Source: a virus. Taken from it: DNA of 64,000 nucleotides. Numbering within the stretch: the stretch's first letter is position 1; each line of letters starts with the position of its first letter. Position numbers and translations under genes: made by a program. A model generated the notes under the pieces. That model was not told where the DNA came from. It worked only from the letters and a program-made list of their open reading frames with translations, and searched no databases. The stretch is from positions 9,045 to 73,044 of the IMG/VR virus record IMGVR_UViG_3300036770_005504; one strand, given 5' to 3'. This document shows positions 45,869 through 55,484 of the stretch, in pieces.

Positions 45869-48800
45869 TTATCCTATGATCGGTAATACATCAATTTCTG
45901 ACGAGTTACCAATGGTTAAGTTGCCCAGTCTTTGTTGATCCAATAGCCAACGTGTGGCGAATCTCACTGCATCTGCTTGAACATTGCCCACACCGCCGAA
46001 TCTATGTACTTCTTCACCATCAATGGTAATTCGCCAGGATCCAGTAAATCCGCCCTGAGATCGTTGCTGTTGGAGATCCCGAGTGCTACCTGGAATAGGC
46101 TGGGACTGAGTAGTTGGCTCTGCTGGAATTTCACGTACTTCTGCATCTATTTCCACGTCAGGATGTCGTTCGCGTCTCTGTGCTAAGAACTGTTCGGCGG
46201 CCTGTTGCGTAGGAAATCTACGCAACGGTATCTCTTGCCCTATTGGATATTCACCAGGCTGACGAGCAAAGCGTTGACTTGCCCTGACCCAAATACCCCA
46301 ATTACCAGTGCTACCACTCTGTAGTATATCCAAAGATCTTGGAGGTATGAAACTGCTTCTGGGCTGTACAGGTACGAGTTCGTAAGTCCACGCATCTCCC
46401 ATAGTTAAGCGGTCAAATTCAGTTTCAGCTTCGGCTGGGGTATTTCTGGTAAAGTAATTTACAGGTCTGCCATCATGTTGGCGAACCACAGCCCAATTGG
46501 CATCGGGTTGAGTTTCAGGAGCAGTCAACTGTGGTCGTTGAGGTGTTTGGGTGGTCTGTGGTTGTGCTCTGCGTACATCATACAGGTTTCTATTAGGGCC
46601 CGAAAATATACTGTCAAAATACTGTAGTGCCTCTTCATCACTATTGGCATTGAAAGTGTCAATTACTTGATTTCTTTGAAGGTTAATGATTTCGTAAGTA
46701 TTTCCAGTAGTCGAGCCAGGTAAAGGTTTTTTAGCAGTGCTGCGTTTCAACTGTGCTTGACGCAAGAAACTCTTTAGTGCCTGTTTGGGTAATTCACCTG
46801 AACTGTATTTAACAAAATAGTCAATGGGGTCATCCTCAGACTTTGGAGCCAAAAGTTTACGAAGTTTGCTGAGGTATTCTTTACGGTACTTATCGGGATC
46901 CATGGCAGCATCTAAGGCCACAATGAATCTCATCAAAGTAGATACTAATTTTTTGGGATCTTCATCTAACCAGTCCCCTCCAGGGCTACGAAATTCTATA
47001 TATTTTCCCTGAGGATGAATGCTGGTATATTTGCCTACATCACTGCCCTGTATACTTCTGCTGGCGAATTTGTTCAATCCTGAACGCATTTGATCAAATA
47101 AACCTTGGACTTGATCCGGAGATAAATTTTTTGCTCTTGCTTGAATTTTACTTAGTGCGCTGGTTGCATATGTATTAGCACTGCGACCAAACTGATCTAG
47201 CACATATTGGTCTCCGACTAACAATGCTAGTTTTACGAAATCTAAATTTTTATCGTCATACCCGGGAATACTGACATTCATATGTAGACCCGTGCTGTTA
47301 TTAGTGTAGGCACCGATTCGGTTAGCCCACTGACGAACTTTTTCTAAATCATCCAGCATTTCAGGAAAGGTCAGCGGTGGACTGACAAACTCCAGTCCCA
47401 TGTCGTCGCTGTCATGAGGTCTTAAACTGCCATCGGGTTCTACCACATATTTGCCTGGCTCACGCCGAGCACTATGATAAGATGAACTGGCATTAATTGG
47501 TCGGCCAATGGCTTCACTGAAGTCATTTGCAATGGCATCAATGCTGGTACTAGATTCCGATTCTTCCGTGGTCCAGTAAGGCCAATGGATAGTATCGGAA
47601 TATTCATCGTGCACATCACTCATATTTACTAGACCAGCTTCGCCCAACCATTCCTCTTCTAAATCTGGGTCTTCCAGAAAATCTTCTAGAGCCTGCTCTC
47701 GAATATTGTCTAATCTATCACCACCCTCTCTGATAATTAGATCGGCGGCTTCTTCGGCTTGTGTTCGTGTTAACCCGTCGAGCCTGTCGGGATCTAACCC
47801 CAATAACTCAGCAATATCCTCTACATCCATGTGATCTGTTACATAGTCATAGACAAAAGTTTCTTTGTTCGATTCCCACCGTGCGTCAAATGCTTCCGAG
47901 GTCCAATCACTGAAATCGCTTCTTAGCTGTATCTCCAAACTTCTGACAGCATTACGACTATTATAGTCACGGTCATCGAAAAAATTCACAATGTCGGTGA
48001 TGCTGCGAGTGCCCTCATTATAGTCCATGTCCATGACCATTTCGGGATAATCGACGCCGCCTGCAACATTGGGCACAATCATTTCAAATTCTATGCCCAC
48101 ACGAGCATCGATATCCTTGACTGCAGCAGCCAGACTGGTTGGATCCATACGGATTTCTAATAGGTCATCCTCGTTGATCAGAGTTGAATTACTAGAGAAT
48201 TTATTTGAAATTTGTTTTAACTTATTTTCTAAATGGTCAATTGTGTCATACTCGGCATTATAAAGAATTCCATAACCGCCGGCCTTGTTCCATTTTTCGA
48301 TATTTGATGGTTTGTCATCTATTAAAACATTGGGTATTCCGTCACTGGTTGCATATTTTTCTTTGTTACGAGTAAAAACTATATCGCTAGGCAAGGGAGA
48401 TAAATTTGATAATAGCCACTGTTTTTTATTGTTGCTGCTGTTTTGTATATCGCCTCGCAACGGGCTGGAGCAAATCCCATAATGATTTCCACCATACTTT
48501 AATGCCAGATTGACCACTTGGTCACTGGTAGAAAATTTGTTTAATTTTCTAAAAAAGTCAGTACCTAAAATTTTGGGTATATTGGGATCGTTACGACTAC
48601 TGATGTCTGGATCGACTCCAAATAAAGTTCGATATCGACCGGCAAAATCAGCCAACACACCATCCATATCTAGATAAATTTTAAGATTGGGTTTCTTTTG
48701 TTGACTTTCGTTGTGTTTTTTCTTTTTGCCTTGACAATGTGCTCGTTGGCTAAATCCTTTGGGGCGGTCACAATCGATAGATTTTTTATATTTGGTTGAC

Positions 48801-50179
48801 CACTCTTCTTGCAGTTTTTTTGCCAACAATAGTGCAGGTCTACCTTGTGTATCAGTTTTTAGATGTAATTTATTGGCTTGACGTCCGGTTTCTCCTGGGC
48901 GAATATCTTTGGTCAATGCTGTGGAAAATCTAGGATCATTTTTTTGTTTTTCTGTGGGGATATATCCAGATGCTTCTGACAATTTGATATCTGTAAATAA
49001 TTCTGGTCTACGCTCGGCAAATCCTCGCATGATTTGTCCAGCCAATGCATTGGCTTCGTTTTCGTAGGGACTACCAGTCTGTCCAGCATCGTCGGGAAAT
49101 TTTCCTCGATGACGTTGTGCACAGTGCACTAACTCGTGAGCCAATGTTCTAATTATATCTAATATATGTCTATTAGAAATACTTAATTGTAAATGATTGT
49201 TGTCCGGACTATATTGTCCAAAGCTACCGGTCTTGGCAGTCCATCGGGGATCACTATGTAAAATTATCTTTGGACGATTGACAATTTTTAACTCGTCCAT
49301 GATCTCATTGGCAAACAATTTTATTTGAGATTCAATATTTTCGTTGATACTTTCACCACCACCATCACCACCACCACCTTCTCCGCTGTCAGCCCAACTA
49401 AATCCCGGATACCAATACCCACTGAAACCATACTTGACTCGAGATTTTTTACGACGTTTTTTTCGTTCTGTCAGACTGAGTTCTTGATCATGTAACTGAT
49501 TTCTACGATCATAGAGTTTTTTAATAAGACCATGATGTCTTAATAGTTTAAAAGTTAAATTTTCTACACTGAATTCGCCTCGATCTGCCAACCCCGAAAC
49601 CCGCATATTTTTAATTTTATCAATCAATGATTGAAGTCTTTCAAGACTGTTGTCATTGACAGCTGAATTAATTCTGTTTTCAAGATCTTGATATTTACTG
49701 ATCACACTGTCATCATTGATGTCGGTTTTGATTTTTTTTGGAACTATTAACCATTGATTATTGAGTAGACTATAGATTCCTTGACTGTAATGAGGTTGAT
49801 TGGCATTTTGCACATATAATTCAACATCATATCCACCTATAGTGATATTGTGCTGGTCATTGTATTGGTATTTTTTTGCATCAAATAATTCTCTATAGAC
49901 TTGACTACGATCTGCCTCAGGAAGATCCACTACTAGATGTAGATCTATATCACTGTGATCGTTGTAATTATAACCGGCATTACTACCACTGACGGTGATA
50001 TCTTTGAGCCCAATGTCACTGACCCCTAGAAATTCACGAAAATCGTTGGCTATATCCAATAATATATTTCGAACTTTGGGATTCAAATTTTGATTTTCAT
50101 CCCATAATACAGGATTCAGACGATCGTGAAATTTAACATAGTCTGACAGTTGTAGAGAATTAAGTTCTTTGAGGTTCAT
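45869..50179 (-). CDS. Polyvalent protein: Pol-beta nucleotidyltransferase, HExxH metallopeptidase, NT5C-type HAD phosphatase, amidoligase and C-terminal repeats
   Basis: GSNA...SDIDLH; TLAHELVH...ENEA; YLDMDGVLADF...LIDD...N..KW; GIEFE...PDGSL...LEFVSPP...TGLHMN...IEFRSP. Confidence 0.85.
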   Translation of the reverse strand: MNLKELNSLQLSDYVKFHDRLNPVLWDENQNLNPKVRNILLDIANDFREFLGVSDIGLKDITVSGSNAGYNYNDHSDIDLHLVVDLPEADRSQVYRELFDAKKYQYNDQHNITIGGYDVELYVQNANQPHYSQGIYSLLNNQWLIVPKKIKTDINDDSVISKYQDLENRINSAVNDNSLERLQSLIDKIKNMRVSGLADRGEFSVENLTFKLLRHHGLIKKLYDRRNQLHDQELSLTERKKRRKKSRVKYGFSGYWYPGFSWADSGEGGGGDGGGESINENIESQIKLFANEIMDELKIVNRPKIILHSDPRWTAKTGSFGQYSPDNNHLQLSISNRHILDIIRTLAHELVHCAQRHRGKFPDDAGQTGSPYENEANALAGQIMRGFAERRPELFTDIKLSEASGYIPTEKQKNDPRFSTALTKDIRPGETGRQANKLHLKTDTQGRPALLLAKKLQEEWSTKYKKSIDCDRPKGFSQRAHCQGKKKKHNESQQKKPNLKIYLDMDGVLADFAGRYRTLFGVDPDISSRNDPNIPKILGTDFFRKLNKFSTSDQVVNLALKYGGNHYGICSSPLRGDIQNSSNNKKQWLLSNLSPLPSDIVFTRNKEKYATSDGIPNVLIDDKPSNIEKWNKAGGYGILYNAEYDTIDHLENKLKQISNKFSSNSTLINEDDLLEIRMDPTSLAAAVKDIDARVGIEFEMIVPNVAGGVDYPEMVMDMDYNEGTRSITDIVNFFDDRDYNSRNAVRSLEIQLRSDFSDWTSEAFDARWESNKETFVYDYVTDHMDVEDIAELLGLDPDRLDGLTRTQAEEAADLIIREGGDRLDNIREQALEDFLEDPDLEEEWLGEAGLVNMSDVHDEYSDTIHWPYWTTEESESSTSIDAIANDFSEAIGRPINASSSYHSARREPGKYVVEPDGSLRPHDSDDMGLEFVSPPLTFPEMLDDLEKVRQWANRIGAYTNNSTGLHMNVSIPGYDDKNLDFVKLALLVGDQYVLDQFGRSANTYATSALSKIQARAKNLSPDQVQGLFDQMRSGLNKFASRSIQGSDVGKYTSIHPQGKYIEFRSPGGDWLDEDPKKLVSTLMRFIVALDAAMDPDKYRKEYLSKLRKLLAPKSEDDPIDYFVKYSSGELPKQALKSFLRQAQLKRSTAKKPLPGSTTGNTYEIINLQRNQVIDTFNANSDEEALQYFDSIFSGPNRNLYDVRRAQPQTTQTPQRPQLTAPETQPDANWAVVRQHDGRPVNYFTRNTPAEAETEFDRLTMGDAWTYELVPVQPRSSFIPPRSLDILQSGSTGNWGIWVRASQRFARQPGEYPIGQEIPLRRFPTQQAAEQFLAQRRERHPDVEIDAEVREIPAEPTTQSQPIPGSTRDLQQQRSQGGFTGSWRITIDGEEVHRFGGVGNVQADAVRFATRWLLDQQRLGNLTIGNSSEIDVLPIIG

Positions 50180-50183
50180 AGTG

Positions 50184-50190
50184 TATTTAT
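50184..50190 (-). promoter_or_regulatory. Late promoter of the polyprotein block
   Basis: ATAAATA 4 nt before ATG 50179. Confidence 0.7.
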
Positions 50191-50217
50191 TGATTTAGTA
50201 AAATCCATAGTATTCAG

Positions 50218-50245
50218 AATAATCCCGCATTGATGCGGGATTATT
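50218..50245. terminator. Terminator-like hairpin
   Basis: AATAATCCCGCAT-TG-ATGCGGGATTATT inverted repeat downstream of the GT gene. Confidence 0.7.
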
Positions 50246-50270
50246 TGATATATCAATAAACAACAATAAT

Positions 50271-51086
50271 TTATGAGCTGACCAATACTTCTGGATCGGG
50301 CGACAGTGTCGCTGATTGTTGTTCTTGTTCGGATATAGTAGCAGTATTATTATCGTATACCAGTTTTAAATCTTTGTAGAGTTTTTCTTGATTCATATAG
50401 TCAAATGTATAACTGCCTGTATGTTTCAGCAATACTCGGCGATCAATGAATACTTGTCCGCCAAGGTCTCTCCAGTTTTCACAAAAGGTCCAGTCCTCAC
50501 TATAATAGCGATTGTCTCTGACCACTGTGGTAAAATACGTTCTCAGGTGTTGATTTATATCGGCATCTAAACCCACATCATTGTTAAACTGCACCACCTC
50601 GGAGTGTTCGTTGAGTTTTTCAAACACTGATCGTTTTATCAACATAAATCCAGTGCCGGTTTTGCTGACTTCAACTAGACCCGATTGAGATTGCATATCA
50701 CTATTGGCCAAGCCGTTGACACACCATTTGACCGGCAATGTTTTCATAGGATATAATCCACCGACTACATCAACATCATGATTTAACAAGGCCAATAAGT
50801 GCCATGGTTCCCACCCGATGTCAGCATCGATGAACATGAGATGTGTGCTGGCCTCGGTCATTAAAAATTTTGCAGTCAATGTATTTCTGGCTCGACAAAT
50901 TAAACTTTCATTGGTCATGGTTTCCAATGTCCAATCTATTTGTAGTTGTCTAGCTGTATTAGCCCATTTAATGTAGCTCATGAAAGTGCTTTCTGTCAAT
51001 TGGCCACCATAACATGGCATACAGATATGCACACGAGTTTTACGAATTTTTTCAAGATCAAGCTGAATTTGAATTTTGTCTGACAT
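50271..51086 (-). CDS. GT-A fold glycosyltransferase (T4-like phage type)
   Basis: MPCYGG, ESLI.RARN, MFIDADI (DxD), GTGFMLIKR, SEDW.FC, L.H.G. Confidence 0.85.
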   Translation of the reverse strand: MSDKIQIQLDLEKIRKTRVHICMPCYGGQLTESTFMSYIKWANTARQLQIDWTLETMTNESLICRARNTLTAKFLMTEASTHLMFIDADIGWEPWHLLALLNHDVDVVGGLYPMKTLPVKWCVNGLANSDMQSQSGLVEVSKTGTGFMLIKRSVFEKLNEHSEVVQFNNDVGLDADINQHLRTYFTTVVRDNRYYSEDWTFCENWRDLGGQVFIDRRVLLKHTGSYTFDYMNQEKLYKDLKLVYDNNTATISEQEQQSATLSPDPEVLVSS

Positions 51087-51136
51087 TGTGTCCTCTAAGA
51101 TATTTCTATATTTAAATAATTACAGTCGGCGGGGTA

Positions 51137-51970
51137 TTATTTTTCGTTGATGTAGTCGAGTCGACTATGTGTGTGTAAAAGTTTTTCTATATTGGAAACT
51201 TTGGTGTTTAACAATTTCCATTCATTGAGTAGTTTTTGTAGTTTAACATGATCGCCTGCACGAAATTCTGTCAATGCAGACTTTAAGTAAGGTAATACAT
51301 TCGAAACCAAACTTTCAGTCAATGTATTCACACCTAGGCCCATGTCAATCAATTGTATAGCTTGTTGTGTTAGTTTATCATTGTTGGCGGTCAGTGGATA
51401 CATCTCTTTGACTAATTTTTGTTTTGCTGTTTGATCAAGTGTAGGCCAAAGATTTCTAATCTCTGTGGCCGATGTCATACCTGATCCAAATGTTTTGACA
51501 GGCAAATAGGCCATATAGGCGTGTCGAGTCATGGGATCAAGATGATTGCTATTGCTGTCATAATATGCCAAATAGTCACTGACAGGCTGTCCTTTACGTG
51601 GACCACGAGTTACCAATGGTAATCGCCCTTCTGCATCGCGTTCCGGTGGTAAAGGTGGTTTTCCTTGATCTTTCTCACTGCGAACAAATATTAAAGCAGT
51701 ATTATCTTCTTGACCGTTGACAATTTGTGCAATTGCTGGATCCGCTGCGGAGAATTGTCTTTGCACTTGAATAAAATTTTTCTTAGGGACACCGGCTATT
51801 TGAGCCAAAGCCTGTTTGATTGCAAAAGGAAAAGGTCTTTTTTCTTGAACATCAGTGGCACCCACAATGACTTCAGCATCTGGAAATGCTGATTTTGCTG
51901 CTTGATATAATGCAGCATGTCCTGCATGAAATGGGTGAAATCCTCCGGAAATTAAAACTATCTTGCGCAT
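51137..51970 (-). CDS. HIGH-motif cytidylyltransferase-like protein
   Basis: GGFHPFHAGH, PF..K, SATEIR; late box 4 nt upstream; C-terminal DYINEK. Confidence 0.8.
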   Translation of the reverse strand: MRKIVLISGGFHPFHAGHAALYQAAKSAFPDAEVIVGATDVQEKRPFPFAIKQALAQIAGVPKKNFIQVQRQFSAADPAIAQIVNGQEDNTALIFVRSEKDQGKPPLPPERDAEGRLPLVTRGPRKGQPVSDYLAYYDSNSNHLDPMTRHAYMAYLPVKTFGSGMTSATEIRNLWPTLDQTAKQKLVKEMYPLTANNDKLTQQAIQLIDMGLGVNTLTESLVSNVLPYLKSALTEFRAGDHVKLQKLLNEWKLLNTKVSNIEKLLHTHSRLDYINEK

Positions 51971-51996
51971 CAATTATTTATCTATCATGAAAAATT

Positions 51997-52359
51997 TCAA
52001 TATACCGCAGTGATAGAATCTATGTCGCCATCGGAAAAGTCTTGAATTCGAGCTCTTAGCCAGGTAAAATTTCCTGTCACATTAGATGAATATACACCTG
52101 ACCATTGAGTGCTGAAATCAGCACCAAAACTGTCAACTTCGATCCAAGTGGCAGAGTTGGGGTCTTGATCCACAGTTGCTTCTATACTGATTCCACCAGT
52201 GAATCCATCGAATCTATAAAATATTGTCTGTAGACTGCCTCGACCTTGATAGTAATTTGCTGCAGGCTGTGCATCTCCATAGAAATCCATACTGCTGCCA
52301 TCATAATTACCTGATGGCACCCCGTATACTGTGAGAGGTAACAGCACCACTGTGGTCAT
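51997..52359 (-). CDS. Hypothetical beta-rich protein (possibly structural)
   Basis: 120 aa, GNFTWLRA. Confidence 0.65.
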   Translation of the reverse strand: MTTVVLLPLTVYGVPSGNYDGSSMDFYGDAQPAANYYQGRGSLQTIFYRFDGFTGGISIEATVDQDPNSATWIEVDSFGADFSTQWSGVYSSNVTGNFTWLRARIQDFSDGDIDSITAVY

Positions 52360-52529
52360 GATTGATCTAAAATCTCAACTTCGACTACACACCCAATTCC
52401 AACTAATTGCTCAGTCAACTCCTGAATGGCGTCCACTAGCTCTGAACTAACTAGTTCCACTGGCTCACTGTTTGATTTAACCAGTTTACTGATTTTTACT
52501 GTGATAATTTGTTCGTGTATTTTGGCCAT
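52356..52529 (-). CDS. Small hypothetical protein (57 aa, not in ORF track)
   Basis: Manual translation MAKIHEQIITVKISKLVKS...; TGA overlaps the next ATG. Confidence 0.7.
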   Translation of the reverse strand: MAKIHEQIITVKISKLVKSNSEPVELVSSELVDAIQELTEQLVGIGCVVEVEILDQS

Positions 52530-52533
52530 AATA

Positions 52534-53196
52534 TTATTTAGCTTTGATTTTGAATGTCTTTCTGACCAAATTTGGTATAATTAGATTTATCATCAAAATC
52601 TCCGAATCGGTGGTATGGTCAATAAAGTCACTTGAATGTATATATTTATGTTGTGTAACATCAGTTTCGTAGTTTAGTAACCAGTCTAATCTGGCATTGA
52701 CTTTGATGTAATCTTTATTTTCTTGAATAAAATTTGTCAAAGTTTGATAGCCATTATAGTTAATACGTTGGTTAGACAAATAAGATCTATATAAAAATTT
52801 GGGATTTTTTAAATAAACAAAATTTTTATCATAGACAACCATTGATTGTCTCACAATGTGATATTGATTAGAGAAAAAATCAAGAGTCAACAGTTGATCA
52901 ATATCGGACAAATTTGATGTATAAAAATATATTCCGTCATAATGAGTTGTAATCTTGAAATCTGTTTTGATATCAGTCAAATGACCACAACAGTGATGTA
53001 GATTATCGATTTGAATTTGATGTAACTTTCCGATCGCCCAATGATGATTGTTGCGGAATTCAATTAATTTGTTTATTTGTTCATGATTCAACGATTTTAA
53101 ATAGATTGCACCTGGTAAAAACAACCAAATCGAGTAAAGATATTTTCCATAGAAATATGAATTTCTATTCTGTTGAATAATTTTGTAAGTGGTCAT
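52534..53196 (-). CDS. Hypothetical protein
   Basis: 220-aa ORF after clpA. Confidence 0.65.
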   Translation of the reverse strand: MTTYKIIQQNRNSYFYGKYLYSIWLFLPGAIYLKSLNHEQINKLIEFRNNHHWAIGKLHQIQIDNLHHCCGHLTDIKTDFKITTHYDGIYFYTSNLSDIDQLLTLDFFSNQYHIVRQSMVVYDKNFVYLKNPKFLYRSYLSNQRINYNGYQTLTNFIQENKDYIKVNARLDWLLNYETDVTQHKYIHSSDFIDHTTDSEILMINLIIPNLVRKTFKIKAK

Positions 53197-53198
53197 TG

Positions 53199-55433
53199 TT
53201 AACTTTTTTTCTTGATTCGAATGGGTTTAGCAGAGATCACAGTTTGTTGATTTTTGATATCAATGTTACATTGAGTATTCTCGAGATTTTCAAACAAAAT
53301 TTTCCTTGCCAGTGGAATCTTGATCATTTCGTCGATTTTTCTCGACAGCTGACGAGCACCCATTCGATTGTCATAGCCATTTACTGCCAAATAGTTTAAT
53401 GCAGATTCTGTGACATTGATTCGAATATTTTTGGACAAGAGACTTGTTTGCAGTTCGTTGATAAATTTTTCTACAATCTTTCTCACAGCCGACTGATCCA
53501 GCTTGTTGAATTTACAAATAACATCAATTCTGTTTCTTAGCTCAGGACGAAAAAAGTCTCGAACTGCTCGATCTTCACTACCGGTCTTTTCTAGATCAAC
53601 AGAAAATCCAATATTGTTTTGCTCGTTGTCTTGACTGCCTAAATTACTGGTCATGATGACAATACAATTTTTTAAATTGACTTTTTTGCCATTGTTGCCA
53701 GTCACAGTGCCTTCGTCTAAGATTTGCAATAAAATGTTACTGACATCCGGATGTGCCTTTTCAATTTCATCAAACAACAATACAGCATGAGGATGTCGAT
53801 TAATATCACTGATTAATTTGCCACCGCCTACATTACCATCTTCAAAACCTACATAACCCGGTGGTGCACCAATCAGTGAACTGACAGTGTGTTTTTCTTG
53901 AAATTCACTCATATCATATTTCAATAGTGTCATATCGAGATTATGTGCCAACAATTTGGCCAGTTCGGTTTTACCTGTGCCAGTGGGTCCTAAAAATAGA
54001 TAACTAGCAATGGGTTTGTTGGTATTACTCAATCCCGAGAAACTGATATAAATTCTTTCCAAAACTTGATTGACAATAGAATCTTGACCATATAGTGACT
54101 GTCTAATGGAATTTTCTAAATTAGAAATTTTTTGACTGCTGGTATTTTGCAAATTCTCTAAGCCAATACCTGTGATTTTACTGATCTGTTGTTGAATCAG
54201 TGTTCGATCGATCCGGGCCGGGTTGGGTAAAATTCGTTGTCGAGCACAAGCCGAATCTAATAGATCAATGCTTTTGTCAGGATTTTTCTTGTCTGTGATG
54301 TATCTATTTCCTAACTCCAGTGCTGCCGAAATCGCACTATTGTCAATGACAACATTATGAAACTGTTCAAGACGAACACTGACTCCAATTAAAATTTGTT
54401 CGGTGGTAGTGAGATCAGGCTCGTCAATGGCTAACTTATGAAATCTACGCATCAATGCACGATCTTTTTCAAAACTTTCGTAGAATTCCTCCCATGTGGT
54501 ACTGGCAATTACTTTGAAATGACCTTTGGTGATTGCTGGTTTGATCATATTGGCAAAATCTAAACTACTACCACTGCCGGACCCAGCACCTTTCATGGTA
54601 TGAGCTTCATCAATGAACAAGATACAATTTTTTTTGATTTCCAATGCCGAGATAATCAATTTCAATTTTTCTTCAAAATCTCCCCTATATTTACTACCGG
54701 CCAAAATGTTACCAATTTCCAAACTCCAAACTTCATAACCTTTGAGAAATTCAGGAACTTGTTGATCAATGATATCTTGTGCTAACCCTTCGATGATACT
54801 GGTTTTTCCTACACCTGGATCACCAACTAACAGAATATTGGATTTAAATTTTCTAGCCAATACTGTGATCATTTCGTCTAATTCATCTCGACGACCAATC
54901 ATGGGTTCAAGTTTCTTTTCTTCTGCCAGTCGACTGAGATTAATACAGTATTCTTCTAGAATACTGTCAGCTTGTTTAATGCTGATACTATGGTCACTAT
55001 GGTAATTTTCTTGATAAAAATTCACAAATTCTTGTTTGTTAATACCATATTTCAGCAAAAAATAGTGAGTATGACTATTGGTTTCGCCCATCAATGAAAG
55101 ATATAGGTCAATAGTGGTCACTGTTCTACGACCGGTAAACAGAACTTGAGTTAATGCACGATTAAATGTTCTTTCCAATGCATTGGTTTTTTTTGGTGAG
55201 AAATCAGAACTAGTTGACAGTGACGGAGAGATTGCCAACAAATAATCAATAACTTCTTTTTCGAAACTGTCAACGTCAACACCGAATTTTATTAGAATAT
55301 TGTTAAATGGTTCGTGTTGTAGTAATGCCAATAGCAAGTGCTCAGTTAATACATATTCGTGACGAAAGTTTTTTGCCAATTTAACACTGTGTTCAACGAT
55401 GGATTCAATTTCGTGATTTTGTGATGAATTCAT
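53199..55433 (-). CDS. clpA: ClpA-like AAA+ chaperone
   Basis: Clp-N domain (EHLLLALL), GDPGVGKT, FIDEAH, GPTGTGKT, DMSEFQE, GAPPGYVG, DEIEKAH; no ClpB middle domain. Confidence 0.92.
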   Translation of the reverse strand: MNSSQNHEIESIVEHSVKLAKNFRHEYVLTEHLLLALLQHEPFNNILIKFGVDVDSFEKEVIDYLLAISPSLSTSSDFSPKKTNALERTFNRALTQVLFTGRRTVTTIDLYLSLMGETNSHTHYFLLKYGINKQEFVNFYQENYHSDHSISIKQADSILEEYCINLSRLAEEKKLEPMIGRRDELDEMITVLARKFKSNILLVGDPGVGKTSIIEGLAQDIIDQQVPEFLKGYEVWSLEIGNILAGSKYRGDFEEKLKLIISALEIKKNCILFIDEAHTMKGAGSGSGSSLDFANMIKPAITKGHFKVIASTTWEEFYESFEKDRALMRRFHKLAIDEPDLTTTEQILIGVSVRLEQFHNVVIDNSAISAALELGNRYITDKKNPDKSIDLLDSACARQRILPNPARIDRTLIQQQISKITGIGLENLQNTSSQKISNLENSIRQSLYGQDSIVNQVLERIYISFSGLSNTNKPIASYLFLGPTGTGKTELAKLLAHNLDMTLLKYDMSEFQEKHTVSSLIGAPPGYVGFEDGNVGGGKLISDINRHPHAVLLFDEIEKAHPDVSNILLQILDEGTVTGNNGKKVNLKNCIVIMTSNLGSQDNEQNNIGFSVDLEKTGSEDRAVRDFFRPELRNRIDVICKFNKLDQSAVRKIVEKFINELQTSLLSKNIRINVTESALNYLAVNGYDNRMGARQLSRKIDEMIKIPLARKILFENLENTQCNIDIKNQQTVISAKPIRIKKKS

Positions 55434-55455
55434 ATTTTACCTGTAGTTTTTTATA

Positions 55456-55484
55456 ATTATATATTAGTCAAAATACATTGTCAA
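55456..55484 (-). promoter_or_regulatory. Consensus sigma70 promoter for clpA
   Basis: TTGACA-17 nt-TATAAT. Confidence 0.8.
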
